NCBI GenBank assembly: GCA_963782055.1
Contig: CAWAIF010000003.1
Location: forward strand, 1,152,001-1,216,000
DNA from: an uncultured delta proteobacterium
GTDB taxonomy: Bacteria; Myxococcota_A; Polyangia; Polyangiales; Polyangiaceae
DNA length: 64,000 nucleotides
Direction: 5' to 3'
Part shown: positions 38,437-48,761 of the stretch, piece by piece
How positions within the stretch are numbered: position 1 is the first letter of the stretch
Layout of the letters: each line of letters begins with the position of its first letter
Translations under genes and position numbers: made by a program
The notes under the pieces: generated by a model
What the model was told of the DNA's origin: nothing
Seen by the model: only the letters and a program-made list of their open reading frames with translations
Database searches by the model: none

Positions 38437-40038
38437 ATGCATTTCACGACCTTCCCCCGGCCTCCGGCCTCGGTCGGTCTCGTTCGTCGCCCGAGCCTCC
38501 GGCTCGGCCCCGAACTGGTCCAGCGCCTCGTCCGTGGCCTCGCCCCGGCGTCGCTCCTTCTGCTGATGGCCTGCGGCCCGGGATCGCTGCCCGCCGGCAA
38601 CCCGGACTCCGGAGCCCCCGACGCGGGGACCGACTCGTCTCCTGGAGACCCGTGCGCCAACCTCACCGTGACTCCGCCGGTGACCCCGGCCACCCCGCCG
38701 GTGGGGACGCAGCTGCAGCAAGGCGAAGATCTGGCGGTGCGAGGCGTGACCAGCGACGGCTGGGTCGTCTACGCCGACGACGCCGCCCACACGCTTCACG
38801 CGATGCCCCTCGCCGGTGGCGCGGCACAGGACCTGGGCGCGCTGGGCGACAAGTACTGGGTGATGGTCGACGGCAAGGACGCCTTCATCTGGTCCAACGT
38901 CACGGGCAACAACGTGGGTGCCCTCTCGGTGTGGAACTCCGTCGCCGGGCTGCACGCGCTCGCACCGGCGTCGTTCGGGCTGCTCGAGTCGGCCACGTCC
39001 GACGGCGGGCTCATCCTCTACCTGGCGAACGTGGACGCGCAGGGCGAGACGGGTGACGTGATGGTGGCGGCGGGCGACGGCACTAGCCCGACCAAGCTGG
39101 TGGGGGGCGCGACCATCGACGGCTGCTTCCCGCAGCTCGGGTTCGCCGGCAGCTCGGCGGTCGTCTCGCACTGCTCCGCCAAGCCCACCGGCGCGCCCAA
39201 CGCCACGATCAGCACCTTCGACATGACGAAGGGATGGGCGGGCACCGACCTGGTGACCGACGCGCAGAACTACTGGTGGACCGACGCCGCCGGCGACAAG
39301 GTGTTCGTCTCCAAGAGCCCCGGCGTGTTCGTCGTCCCGACCGGCGGGGGTACGCCGGAGACCATCGACGCCAACGGCTTCCTCGGGGTGCTCACCTCCG
39401 ACGGGAAGACCGCACTCTACAGCACCATGTCGCAGGGCCTGCGGCGCTCGCCGGTGAGCGCTCCCTCCCCCGTCACCCTGGTGGACAAGGGCTTCGGCGG
39501 CATCTGGGCGCTCTCGCCGGACGAGGCGTGGCTGCTCTTCTTCTACAACCTGGGCTCGAACGGCGGCGACATGTTCCTTTCGTCCACGTCGGTGCCCGGA
39601 ACGCCGACCACGCTCTCGCAAGCCGTCACGTCCGCCGTCAGCGGGGACGCCTTCACCGCCGATTCGCACTACGCGCTGTATGTCGGCTCGCTGGACGTGT
39701 GCACCAGCGCGGGCACGCTGACCGCGGTCCCGGTGTCGGGCGGCGCCCCGATCACGCTGGGCGAGCGGGCGTGGGCGGACCACGCCGCCGGCGGTTCCAG
39801 GGTCGTCTTCGTCGACGACTTCTCGCCCACGTCGGTCGGAGCGGCCGCCGCCACCGACATGCGCTACGGCCGCGCCGACGTGGAGCTGGTCGACCTCGCG
39901 AAGGGGTCGACGGTCACGCGCCTCGTCGACCAGGCCGACGCGGTCGTCGCGCTCTCCCCGGCGCAGGATTCGCTCGTCTACACGTGGTCGGCGGAGGCGG
40001 GAGCGAAGGCCGGCCTCTACGTCCTGCCGCTTCCCTGA
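38437..40038 (+). CDS. Beta-propeller-like lipoprotein, hypothetical
   Basis: AGGAGG upstream of ATG 38437; lipobox LMAC; repeated 'TSDG..V/LY', 'LSPDEAWLLF', 'FTADSHYALY'. Confidence 0.7.
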   Translation: MHFTTFPRPPASVGLVRRPSLRLGPELVQRLVRGLAPASLLLLMACGPGSLPAGNPDSGAPDAGTDSSPGDPCANLTVTPPVTPATPPVGTQLQQGEDLAVRGVTSDGWVVYADDAAHTLHAMPLAGGAAQDLGALGDKYWVMVDGKDAFIWSNVTGNNVGALSVWNSVAGLHALAPASFGLLESATSDGGLILYLANVDAQGETGDVMVAAGDGTSPTKLVGGATIDGCFPQLGFAGSSAVVSHCSAKPTGAPNATISTFDMTKGWAGTDLVTDAQNYWWTDAAGDKVFVSKSPGVFVVPTGGGTPETIDANGFLGVLTSDGKTALYSTMSQGLRRSPVSAPSPVTLVDKGFGGIWALSPDEAWLLFFYNLGSNGGDMFLSSTSVPGTPTTLSQAVTSAVSGDAFTADSHYALYVGSLDVCTSAGTLTAVPVSGGAPITLGERAWADHAAGGSRVVFVDDFSPTSVGAAAATDMRYGRADVELVDLAKGSTVTRLVDQADAVVALSPAQDSLVYTWSAEAGAKAGLYVLPLP

Positions 40039-40043
40039 GTCCG

Positions 40044-41357
40044 ATGACGGCGCCCCGGCCCGAAGTCCTGCTCACCATGGCCGATTATCACGGCACGCTC
40101 GCGGCGGTCCGCTCGCTGGGCCGCGCGGGCGTGCCGGTGGTGGTGGCAGACGGTCATCGCCTAGCACCGGCGCGCTTCTCGAGGCACGCCGCGCGGGTGG
40201 TGTCGTGTCCGGACGTGGGCGCAGAGCCGGAGAGCTTCGTCGACTGGCTGCTGTGGCTCGGGACGCGCGAGCCGGGCCGGGTGCTGCTCCCCACCAGCGA
40301 CGACGTCGCGTGGATCCTCGCGCTGCACCGCGACGCGCTGTCGCCCCACTACCGGATGTACGGGCCGCCCGCGGAGTCCATCTGGATGCTGCTCGACAAG
40401 TGGCGCCTGCACCGCGCCTGCCTCGCGCTGGACATCGCCACGCCCGCCACCTGGCTGCCGCGCGACGCGGAGGGGCTGGAGGTCGTCCGCCAGGAGGCCC
40501 GCTTCCCGGTCGTGGTGAAGCCGCGCACGCAGGTCTTCCTCACGCCTCACCAGAAGGGGCGCGTGGTGCAGCGCGCGGAGGAGCTCGCGCCGCTCTACGA
40601 GGATCTGCTGCACGCCACCTCCCACGCGCGCACGCTGGTGGAGTCGGCGCCGGACGTCGACGGTCCGATCGTGCAGGCCTTCGCCGACACCAGGGCCGAC
40701 GGGGTCTACAGCCTGAGCGGCTTCATCGACGAGACGGGCGAGATCTTCGCCGTGGAGGCGTCGCGCAAGCTCTTGCAGTGGCCGCCGCGTCTGGGCGTGG
40801 GCACGTGCTTCGAGGCGACGGAGGTGCGCGGGGACCTCGCCGACGCTGTCGCGAGGCTGCTGCGCCACGCCGGCTACCACGGCGCCTTCGAGGTGGAGTT
40901 CGTGCGCGTCGACGGGCGCTACCGGATCATCGACGTCAACCCGCGCTTCTACGGGCAGATGCAGCTCGACGTCGCGCGGGGGCTCGACCTGCCGCGCATG
41001 ATGTACGTCGCGGCGCTGGGCGAGCGCCGGGAGCTGCGGCGCTTGGCGGGGGCCGGCCGGAACGGCGCCCGCCGCGTCTACTGCAGCCGGATCGAGCTGG
41101 AGGTGTCGTTGCGGCTGCTCCGCGCCGCCGGGAAGCTGGGCAACGGGGAGCGACGGCGGTGGAAGCAGTGGCTGGAGAGCCACGAGGGAGAGCTGGTGGA
41201 CCCGGTGATCGACCGCGACGACTGGGCGCCGGCGGCGGTGGAGGCGGTGAGCGCGGTGTGGAGGCGCGCGCGCCACCCGCGCAGCGCGTGGCGCGAGGCG
41301 AGGGGCGTCGCCACCTCCCCGCACGCCGCGCAGCGTGAAGAGCGACACCCCTCGTGA
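40044..41357 (+). CDS. ATP-grasp ligase (D-aspartate ligase/CarB-like small family)
   Basis: 'LLPTSDD', 'LDKWRL', 'FPVVVKPR', 'FEVEF....YRIIDVNPRF'. Confidence 0.8.
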   Translation: MTAPRPEVLLTMADYHGTLAAVRSLGRAGVPVVVADGHRLAPARFSRHAARVVSCPDVGAEPESFVDWLLWLGTREPGRVLLPTSDDVAWILALHRDALSPHYRMYGPPAESIWMLLDKWRLHRACLALDIATPATWLPRDAEGLEVVRQEARFPVVVKPRTQVFLTPHQKGRVVQRAEELAPLYEDLLHATSHARTLVESAPDVDGPIVQAFADTRADGVYSLSGFIDETGEIFAVEASRKLLQWPPRLGVGTCFEATEVRGDLADAVARLLRHAGYHGAFEVEFVRVDGRYRIIDVNPRFYGQMQLDVARGLDLPRMMYVAALGERRELRRLAGAGRNGARRVYCSRIELEVSLRLLRAAGKLGNGERRRWKQWLESHEGELVDPVIDRDDWAPAAVEAVSAVWRRARHPRSAWREARGVATSPHAAQREERHPS

Positions 41358-41374
41358 CGCGCGGCCGCTGACCC

Positions 41375-42634
41375 CTAGCGGCGCGAGGCGGCCGGGAGGT
41401 GCGACACGAACGCGGCGACGTCGGTGATCACGCGCTCGTCCACGTGACCGGGCTTCGCGTAGTCGCCGGGCGTCGACGGCCCGGTGCCCGCGACGAAGGC
41501 GTGGTTCAGCTCGGGGTACGTCCGCAGGGTGACGCTCTTCTTCTTGCGGAGGGCCGCGCGCCACCCGGCGAAGTCGTCGGCCACGGTGACCTGGTAGTCG
41601 CGCTCGCCCTGCAGGACGAGCATCGGAATGGAGAGCGACGCGGCGACCTTCTCCGGGTGGTAGCCGCGGACGTCGAGGAAGTAGGCGCCGGGGATGGGGG
41701 AGGTCATGGGGACCTGGACCATCGTGTCCGGCTTCAGCGCGGGATCCTCCACCGCGTGCTTGAAGCGCTCGGCCGCCTGGATCATGGCGGCGAGCTCGGG
41801 CCGCTCGGGGTCGAGCTTCGCGAGGTAGTGGAGCTGCGAGAGGAGCGAATCCTCCAGGGGACGCGTGGACCCGGCGAGGATGACCAGACCCTTGATGGCC
41901 GGATCGCCGCGGGCGATGCGCGGCGCGAGGAAGCCCCCCTGGCTGTGACCGAGCAGGACGACGCGTGTGGGGTCGACGCCGGGCGTCTGCCCGAGGAGCG
42001 CGACGGCGGCGTGGGCGGCGTCCTCCACCTCCTCCTCCTGCGTGCGCACGCCGGTGGGATCGACGCGCGTGCGCTTGTCGTAGCGGAGCACCGCGACGCC
42101 GCGGCTGGCGAGGCCCCAGGCGAGATCCCTGAACGGCTTGATCGCGCCGAGGGTCTCGTCGGCGTCGTTGGGGCCGGAGCCGTGCACCAGCACCACCGCG
42201 GGGAAGGTCTTCGCGCCCCTCGGGATGGTGAGGACCCCCGGCAGCGCGGGGGACGTCCCGACCGTCACGGGCTCCTCCTCGAAGGCGTCGACCTTCGCGT
42301 ACGCGGGCGGCGTCCAGGCCGCCGCCGTGTCGCCAGGCGTGACGAAGAGGCCCGAGACGTGGCCCCGCGCGTCGAGCACCACGCGCACGACGAGCGGCGC
42401 GGCGGCGAACGTTGCCTTCACCAGGGCGACGTGGTGGCCGCCCTGGTCCGCGACGCTCACCGCGTCGATGTGCTGGAACACGCCCGCGCCCGACTCCACT
42501 GATGTCCACACCGCGCGGAGCTTCTCGGCGGGGAGCTTCTCCCGCATCGTCTCGTCGAAGGTGGCCTCCGCCGACTCGAACTGGTGGGCGGCGAGCTGGG
42601 CCACCAGATCGCGCGCGCGCTGCTCGTCGGTCAT
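41375..42634 (-). CDS. Alpha/beta hydrolase with N-terminal DUF3887-like domain
   Basis: 'HGSGPNDAD', 'RYDKR', 'GHSQGG', 'QGERDYQV', 'LNHAF'. Confidence 0.85.
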   Translation of the reverse strand: MTDEQRARDLVAQLAAHQFESAEATFDETMREKLPAEKLRAVWTSVESGAGVFQHIDAVSVADQGGHHVALVKATFAAAPLVVRVVLDARGHVSGLFVTPGDTAAAWTPPAYAKVDAFEEEPVTVGTSPALPGVLTIPRGAKTFPAVVLVHGSGPNDADETLGAIKPFRDLAWGLASRGVAVLRYDKRTRVDPTGVRTQEEEVEDAAHAAVALLGQTPGVDPTRVVLLGHSQGGFLAPRIARGDPAIKGLVILAGSTRPLEDSLLSQLHYLAKLDPERPELAAMIQAAERFKHAVEDPALKPDTMVQVPMTSPIPGAYFLDVRGYHPEKVAASLSIPMLVLQGERDYQVTVADDFAGWRAALRKKKSVTLRTYPELNHAFVAGTGPSTPGDYAKPGHVDERVITDVAAFVSHLPAASRR

Positions 42635-42734
42635 GGCGTGTACCTCCGTGGTGGGTGTCCTGTGGTGGGGGCGGGCCGTGCACGCGCGTCACGGCGATAA
42701 TGAGTCAAGGCCTCCCCGGTCGAGTTTCGGCCGC

Positions 42735-44519
42735 CTATCGCCCCACGCGCCTCTCCAGCTCGGCGAAGGGCACGCGCGTCACGACCGGCCGCCCGTGCGG
42801 GCAGTAGCCGGAGAAGTCGACGCCATCCAGGGCCTCCAGCAGCGCCCTCGCCTGCTCGGGCGACATGGGATCGCCCGCGCGGATGGAGCCGTGGCACGCC
42901 ATGGTGGCGAGCACCAGATCGCGCGCGCCGCTGAAGGGGCGGCCTGCCGCGCGGCCCAGCTCCGCCAGGAGATCGCGGAGGAGTCGCTCCGGACGCCCGC
43001 GCCCGAGCAGCCGCGGCACGCCGTGCACCGCTACTGCCTGCGGGCCGACCATGCGCACCTCCACCCCGAAGCGCGCGGCGTCCTCCTCGTGCTCGGAGAG
43101 GATGGCGGCCTCCTGCGGGGAGAGCTCGACGACCTCCGGGATGAGGAGCTTCTGCACCGCGACGGTGCGCTGCTCGAAGGCGCGGCGGAGGCGGTCGTAG
43201 TTGCGGCGCTCGTCGGCGGCGTGCTGGTCCAGGACGTAGAGGGCGTCGTCGCCCTCGCAGAGGAGGAAGGTGTTGCGGACCTGGGCGACGAAGCGGAGGC
43301 GGGAGTAGAAGCCGCCCTCGGTGAAGAGGGGGAGGTCCGGGGAGGAGGCGGGAGCGAGGGCGGGCGCAGGCGCGGGCGCGGGCGCGAGAGGGGAAGAGGC
43401 AGGGGGAGCGGAAGAAGGTGGAGAAGAGGAGAAGGAGGAGGGGGCGGACCAGGCGGGGGATTCGCGCAAGGGGTAGGGGGCCGCCGAGCGCGGCGGCGGG
43501 AGCCAGGGGCGGGAGGTGGGGCCCATCGCCGGGATGTCGAAGGCGCGAGCGAGGGTGGTGAAGAGCTCGCGCGTCACCGCGTCGAAGACGGCGCGGGCGT
43601 CCTGGAAGCGGACCTCCGCCTTCTGGGGATGGACGTTCACGTCCACCAGGTCCGGCGGGAGATCGATGTAGACTACACCGACCGGGTAGCGGCCGCCCTC
43701 CAGCACCGAGCCGTAGGCCTGCGCGACCGCGCGGGCGAGCGGGCGGTCGCGGACGGGGCGGCCGTTGACGAGCAGGTGCAGCGCGCCGGTGCCGGCGCGG
43801 GCGCGCTCCGGCGGGGCGAGGTACGCCTCGATGCGCATCGGTCCGCGCTCGCCCAGGCACGCGGCCAGCCGCGGCTCGCCCACCACCTGCTTGGCGCGCT
43901 CCTCGCGCCTGCCCGCGCGCAGGTACTCGCGCGCCTGCTTGCCGTCGCGCGTGAGCACGAAGGTGACCTCCGGCCGCGACAGCGCGGCGAGCGACACCAC
44001 CTCGCCCACGTGCGCGCTCTCCGTGGCCGGCGCCTTCAGGAACTTGCGGCGCGCGGGGACGTTGAAGAAGAGCTCGCGCACCTCCACCGTCGTGCCCTCC
44101 GCGCGGCCGGCGGGCTTCGTCTGCGCCGCGCCGCCGCCGTCGACGACCACCTCGGTCCCCTCCGCCGCCCCGCGCTCGCGCGTGGTGAGCCGCAGCCGCG
44201 CCACCGAGGCGATGCTCGGCAACGCCTCGCCCCGGAAGCCGAAGCTGTGCAGCGATCCCAGGTCCTCGAACGCGGTGATCTTGCTCGTGGCGTGGCGCTC
44301 CAGCGCGAGCAGCGCGTCCTCGGGCGAGAGGCCCTCGCCGTCGTCGCTCACGCGCAACATGTCCATGCCCCCGCGCTCCACGTCCACGCGCACCCGCGTC
44401 GCGCCGGCGTCCAGCGCGTTCTCCACCAGCTCCTTGACCACGCTCGCCGGGCGCTCCACCACCTCGCCCGCGGCGATCTGGTTGATGAGGTCGTCCTGGA
44501 GCCGGCGGATCTTGCCCAT
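42735..44519 (-). CDS. mutL: DNA mismatch repair protein MutL (endonuclease type)
   Basis: 'NQIAAGEVVERPASVVKELVENALDAGA', 'GFRGEALPSI', 'DQHAADER', 'ACH', 'CPHGRP'. Confidence 0.96.
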   Translation of the reverse strand: MGKIRRLQDDLINQIAAGEVVERPASVVKELVENALDAGATRVRVDVERGGMDMLRVSDDGEGLSPEDALLALERHATSKITAFEDLGSLHSFGFRGEALPSIASVARLRLTTRERGAAEGTEVVVDGGGAAQTKPAGRAEGTTVEVRELFFNVPARRKFLKAPATESAHVGEVVSLAALSRPEVTFVLTRDGKQAREYLRAGRREERAKQVVGEPRLAACLGERGPMRIEAYLAPPERARAGTGALHLLVNGRPVRDRPLARAVAQAYGSVLEGGRYPVGVVYIDLPPDLVDVNVHPQKAEVRFQDARAVFDAVTRELFTTLARAFDIPAMGPTSRPWLPPPRSAAPYPLRESPAWSAPSSFSSSPPSSAPPASSPLAPAPAPAPALAPASSPDLPLFTEGGFYSRLRFVAQVRNTFLLCEGDDALYVLDQHAADERRNYDRLRRAFEQRTVAVQKLLIPEVVELSPQEAAILSEHEEDAARFGVEVRMVGPQAVAVHGVPRLLGRGRPERLLRDLLAELGRAAGRPFSGARDLVLATMACHGSIRAGDPMSPEQARALLEALDGVDFSGYCPHGRPVVTRVPFAELERRVGR

Positions 44520-44527
44520 GCGCCGGA

Positions 44528-45166
44528 TCAGCCGTGCGTGGTCTGCTCGGACGCCGCCTCGTAGAACTCGCGCGTGCGCCGGCGCGTCAGCGCGATCACG
44601 ATGAGCCCCACGACGAGGGTGCGGACCACCAGCTTGCCCACCTCCATCGCCGGCGCGATCTTGCGCGTGATGGATGTCGCCTCGTCGACGAGCTGTGGGT
44701 CCTTCCCGTTCTCGCGGAGCGTGGCGGAGCGGATGGTGAGGTCCAGGTCCAGCGTGGCCGCCCGCACCCTCGGCGTGGCCACGTCCATCGCGATGACCAG
44801 CGCGGCCTGCACGATCATCACCTGCACCAGCGCCGAGCGGGCGCCCCGGCGGCCGGACATCGCGCCGATGGAGAGCCCGAGCGCCGCCAGGCCGAGGACC
44901 AGCTCCGCCGCCCCCATCGGGAAGAGGCGCGGACGCTCCGCCTGCAGGGCGCCCATGAGCTTGTTGATCGAGGCCTGCGCCGCCGCGCGGTTGGACTCGC
45001 GCGAGATGTCCCGGGTGATCTCCGACGTGTCGATGTGGTCGGTCCGGTAGACGTCGATGGTCTCCCACCCCTCCAGCGTCCCGACCGAGCCGAGAAAGGA
45101 GCAGATGATCAGCGCGACGATGAGGTACCAGGGGCGCCGGCGGACCTCGGGGGCCGGGGAGGGCAT
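44528..45166 (-). CDS. Hypothetical 4-TM membrane protein
   Basis: Hydrophobic segments in a GC3-biased frame; ends 8 bp before mutL. Confidence 0.65.
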   Translation of the reverse strand: MPSPAPEVRRRPWYLIVALIICSFLGSVGTLEGWETIDVYRTDHIDTSEITRDISRESNRAAAQASINKLMGALQAERPRLFPMGAAELVLGLAALGLSIGAMSGRRGARSALVQVMIVQAALVIAMDVATPRVRAATLDLDLTIRSATLRENGKDPQLVDEATSITRKIAPAMEVGKLVVRTLVVGLIVIALTRRRTREFYEAASEQTTHG

Positions 45167-45301
45167 CGCAGGCGGGATAGCACGGCCGCGCCCCCGGCGC
45201 GACCCGTTGCGCCGCCGCGGGGTCGCCTCGATGCGCCCTGAAATCCCTTCGCAATTCCGGAGAAAAATGGTTCTGTCCCCCCGTCCAAGGGGAAAAGCGC
45301 C

Positions 45302-46147
45302 ATGATCAGAACACTCCGGAACGCGAGCGCCGCCGGCGCCGTGCTTTTCATGGGAGCGGTGCTCGCGGGCAACGCGTCCGCCGCGCCGCCGCACAAGAAG
45401 GGGGCCGCCGCCGCCGCCCCCGCGCCCACGGTACCGCCGACGGCGACGGCCGATCTGCGCTCGGGCGACGCGACGAAGATCCGCGGCGCGCTGGACGACA
45501 TCCGCATGGCGGGCAAGCCGGCCGGCGCGAAGCTGGCGCCCGTCATCATCGAGCTGCTGAAGAAGGGCATGCCGGTCAGCCTGACCGAGGCGGCGATCGA
45601 CACCCTCGGCGACCTGGAGACGGGCGCGGCGAGCGGCGTCATCGTCGACTACCTGCACCACCGCGACCCGAAGATCCGCCAGGCCGCCGCCAAGGCCCTG
45701 CTCAAGACCAAGGGGGGCGCGCCCGTCGTCAAGGCGCTCCGCGCCGCCCTCTCCGACCCGGACCCGCAGGTGCGCGGCGTCGCGGCGACGGGCCTCGGCG
45801 AGCTGAGGGCCAAGGACGCCGTGCCGGACCTCTTCCTCGCCCTCGCTCACCGCGTCTACGAGTCCGCCGCCTCCATCGGCGCGCTCTGCGACGCCGCGCA
45901 GTGCGAGACCTTCGCGAGCAACCTGGGCAAGTACCCGCTGGACGTCATGCTCGGCGGCATCGACCCGATCCTCTTCCGCCCCGACGTCACCGACGACACC
46001 AAGATCAAGATGGTCGGCCACGTGCGCGAGCTCGGCACGCAGGAGGCGAACAAGTTCCTGCGCGACGTGCTCAAGCGCTGGAAGGGCTCGGCGCGCATCA
46101 AGCAGTCGCTCCAGCAGGCCGTGCAGGCGACGGGAGGTGGCGCGTGA
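45302..46147 (+). CDS. Exported HEAT-repeat protein
   Basis: Signal peptide; 'HRDPKIRQAAAKAL', 'SDPDPQVRGVAATGLGEL'. Confidence 0.8.
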   Translation: MIRTLRNASAAGAVLFMGAVLAGNASAAPPHKKGAAAAAPAPTVPPTATADLRSGDATKIRGALDDIRMAGKPAGAKLAPVIIELLKKGMPVSLTEAAIDTLGDLETGAASGVIVDYLHHRDPKIRQAAAKALLKTKGGAPVVKALRAALSDPDPQVRGVAATGLGELRAKDAVPDLFLALAHRVYESAASIGALCDAAQCETFASNLGKYPLDVMLGGIDPILFRPDVTDDTKIKMVGHVRELGTQEANKFLRDVLKRWKGSARIKQSLQQAVQATGGGA

Positions 46148-47994
46148 AGCTCGGGCTCCTCCACCTCGCCGGTCTCGCGTCCGTGCTCGCCCTCACGGCG
46201 TGCGGCGGCGGCCAGACGCACCCCAACCTCTTCGCCACCGACTGGAACGACGACGGCGGCCAGGCCGTCGCGGCGGTCTGGCAGAAGCTCGCCGGCGTCA
46301 AGGCGCCCGCCGGCGTCAACGTGGCGGTCGGCGTCGCCGGCAACGACGACAAACTCGTCGGCATCTCCCTGGACGGCGGCGCGAAGTGGACCTTCCCCCA
46401 CGCCATCGAGGTGCGGCCGGCGATCGCCGGCGGCGTGGTGGTGTGCGAGGGCGGCGGCGAGCTCTTCGCGCTCGACGCGGCCACCGGGCGCAAGCTCTGG
46501 GCGCGCAACGTCGGCCCGGCGCTCATGCGCGGCGCGGGCGACGACGGCAAGGTCACCGTGGTGTCGCTGGAGCAGAACGGCGGCGCCGGCTCGATCCTGC
46601 TCGCGGTCGGACGCGACGGCGGCGTCGTGCGGCAGATGGAGACGGACAAGCAGCTCGGGGTCCCGGCGGTGCTGGGCGGCTACGTCTTCGTCCCCTGGCA
46701 GCGCCAGTACGTGAGCATCATCGACCTCACCAACGGCGACGAGGCGGCGCGCATCCTGCTGCGCGGCAAGGCGAGCCACGCCTTCACCGAGGGCGGCGGC
46801 CTCTACTTCGGCGAGCAGGAGCTCTTCCGCTGGGACGCCCACATCAAGGACGGCTCGCGCAACCAGGCCACGCGCCTCACGCTGCCGGACCGCGAGCTGC
46901 CCGGCACGCCGGCGCTGTTCCAGCCGGGCGAGCAGCACACCGCGCCCATCGCCCTCGCGCTCGACAAGGCGCGACTCTACGCGCGCCCGGCGTCCCCCGA
47001 CGGCCCCACCGGCTTCGACACCAGCCGCTTCTACGGCAGCTACTTCCGCCTGGTGATGGCGTTCGACACGACGAAGGGCTCGCTCGCGTGGGTCCACTCC
47101 GACAAGTCGGACGTGCTGGGCGGCGCGCCCGGCCCCGGCTCCTTCACCCTCTGCGACGAGGAGGGCAACATCACCGTGGTCGACGCGCAGAGCGGCGGCA
47201 CCGCGAAGACCCTCGCCCTCGGCGAGCCGGTCAAGAGCTGCACCGTCCAGGCGGACACCCTGCAGGCGACGGGCGCCACGCCGCCGCCGCCGCTCGTCCA
47301 GCAGATCGCCGCCGCGCTGACCAACCGCGACGCCGAGATGGTGGCCGGCCAGCGTCTTTTGCTACGCGAGATGGCGCAGCTCCAGGACGAGCTGGTGACC
47401 AAGACGCTCGTCGACCTGGCGAGCGATCCGCGCACCGCGCCGCCCCTCCTCAAGGACGCCCGCACCGATCTCGCCGCGCGCCGCAACGGCAAGCAGTACA
47501 TGCTCGACGCGCTGGCGAAGCACTACGACTTCCTCCACGACGTGCTGCGCCCGCCGCCGGTCGGGCCCATCGCGCAGGCCCTCGGGGCGATGAAGGAGAA
47601 GTCGGCGGCGCCGCTGCTCGCCGCGCACCTGCTCGACCCGGCAGACACCGACGACGACGTGCAGCAAGCGGCGGTCGCCCTGGTGGAGATCGGCGACGCC
47701 GCGCAGGCCCCCGAGCTCGCGCAGTTCTTCGCGCTCTATCACGCCGGCGCGGGCAGCCCGGAGGTCGCCCTCGCCGCGGCGAGCGCGGGCCAGGCGCTGC
47801 TCAAGGTGGGCGGCAAGAACGGCCGCGCCACCGTCGACGCGGCGATCGAGGATCCGCTCACCCTCGGCCCGGTCCGCGAGCGCCTCATCGCCATCGAGCA
47901 GTCCATGGACGCGCAGAAGTCCGAGGCGCCGGCCGCGGATGCGGGCAAGGGCAAGGGCAAGAAGCCCGAGAAGAAGGACAAGAAGAAGAAGTAG
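46144..47994 (+). CDS. Lipoprotein with PQQ-like beta-propeller, C-terminal HEAT-like helices and Lys-rich tail
   Basis: GTGA overlap; lipobox LTAC; 'LFALDAATGRKLW'; tail KGKGKKPEKKDKKKK. Confidence 0.78.
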   Translation: MKLGLLHLAGLASVLALTACGGGQTHPNLFATDWNDDGGQAVAAVWQKLAGVKAPAGVNVAVGVAGNDDKLVGISLDGGAKWTFPHAIEVRPAIAGGVVVCEGGGELFALDAATGRKLWARNVGPALMRGAGDDGKVTVVSLEQNGGAGSILLAVGRDGGVVRQMETDKQLGVPAVLGGYVFVPWQRQYVSIIDLTNGDEAARILLRGKASHAFTEGGGLYFGEQELFRWDAHIKDGSRNQATRLTLPDRELPGTPALFQPGEQHTAPIALALDKARLYARPASPDGPTGFDTSRFYGSYFRLVMAFDTTKGSLAWVHSDKSDVLGGAPGPGSFTLCDEEGNITVVDAQSGGTAKTLALGEPVKSCTVQADTLQATGATPPPPLVQQIAAALTNRDAEMVAGQRLLLREMAQLQDELVTKTLVDLASDPRTAPPLLKDARTDLAARRNGKQYMLDALAKHYDFLHDVLRPPPVGPIAQALGAMKEKSAAPLLAAHLLDPADTDDDVQQAAVALVEIGDAAQAPELAQFFALYHAGAGSPEVALAAASAGQALLKVGGKNGRATVDAAIEDPLTLGPVRERLIAIEQSMDAQKSEAPAADAGKGKGKKPEKKDKKKK

Positions 47995-48021
47995 GAGGAG
48001 CGCCCTGCGCGAATCCGGCCG

Positions 48022-48630
48022 TCACCGGTCGGCGTCGGGCGTCGCGGCCGGCCGCGCGCCGGCGTCGAACACGACGCCCAGGTGCAGCCCGATGCTCAGC
48101 ATCCCCTCCCACTGCTGCGGGACGTTCGCACCGAGCGGGAGCCCGCCGCGATAGACGCCCTCCAGCCCGAGTACGACCATCGCCAGGCGGGCCTCCGCCG
48201 TCACGCCGAAGCGTCCGCCGAGGGTCGAGTGGTCCTGGGTGCCGTTGCCACCGACGAAGCCGACGGCGGGGCCGACATCGAGGTAGATGGCACCCGTGGG
48301 GCCGTGCAGCTCGCGCGGCCCGACGAGCCGGAGGGAGTAGCCCGCGTCGGCGACGGCCGCCTGCGGGCCGAAGATACCCTCGCCGACCGCGAAGGAGGTG
48401 AAGACGCCGTGCATCGGGAGCGGGTGCACGCGGAGCGTCCCGCCGACGAAGCCGCCGCCTTCGTCGGAGGGGGACTGCGCCGAGCGCTCGAAGTTGGCGA
48501 TGCCAACGACCGCGGCGAGGTTGAACCGCGGTGGCTGGTCGTCGGCGGCGGCGCGGCGCGAAGCAAGACCGAGGAGGGCGAAGCAGAGGACGGCGGGGAG
48601 GACCGCCTTGATGTGGAGGGGCGAGTGCAT
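48022..48630 (-). CDS. Hypothetical exported protein, possibly a small outer-membrane beta-barrel
   Basis: Signal peptide, alternating hydrophobic strands, 'GLHLGVVF' near the C-terminus. Confidence 0.55.
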   Translation of the reverse strand: MHSPLHIKAVLPAVLCFALLGLASRRAAADDQPPRFNLAAVVGIANFERSAQSPSDEGGGFVGGTLRVHPLPMHGVFTSFAVGEGIFGPQAAVADAGYSLRLVGPRELHGPTGAIYLDVGPAVGFVGGNGTQDHSTLGGRFGVTAEARLAMVVLGLEGVYRGGLPLGANVPQQWEGMLSIGLHLGVVFDAGARPAATPDADR

Positions 48631-48761
48631 GCCCGGAGGAAGAGCAACCGGCGTGCCGTGCGTGATTTCCGGCGGATGCGACGCCCCATCGTGATCGCCG
48701 CGTCGCGGGGTGTGGTGGAATCGATACGCGCGTAGCGGGATTCGTGAGCAGTTCGTCTACT

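Noticed and set aside
40044..41357. Graspetide synthetase acting on the 27291-27614 peptide
   Set aside because: 12 kb apart, the enzyme resembles the D-aspartate-ligase/CarB-like type, and the peptide lacks typical graspetide core motifs
43330..43445. Purine-rich low-complexity tract as an inserted element
   Set aside because: In-frame Ser/Pro/Ala linker between the MutL N- and C-terminal domains
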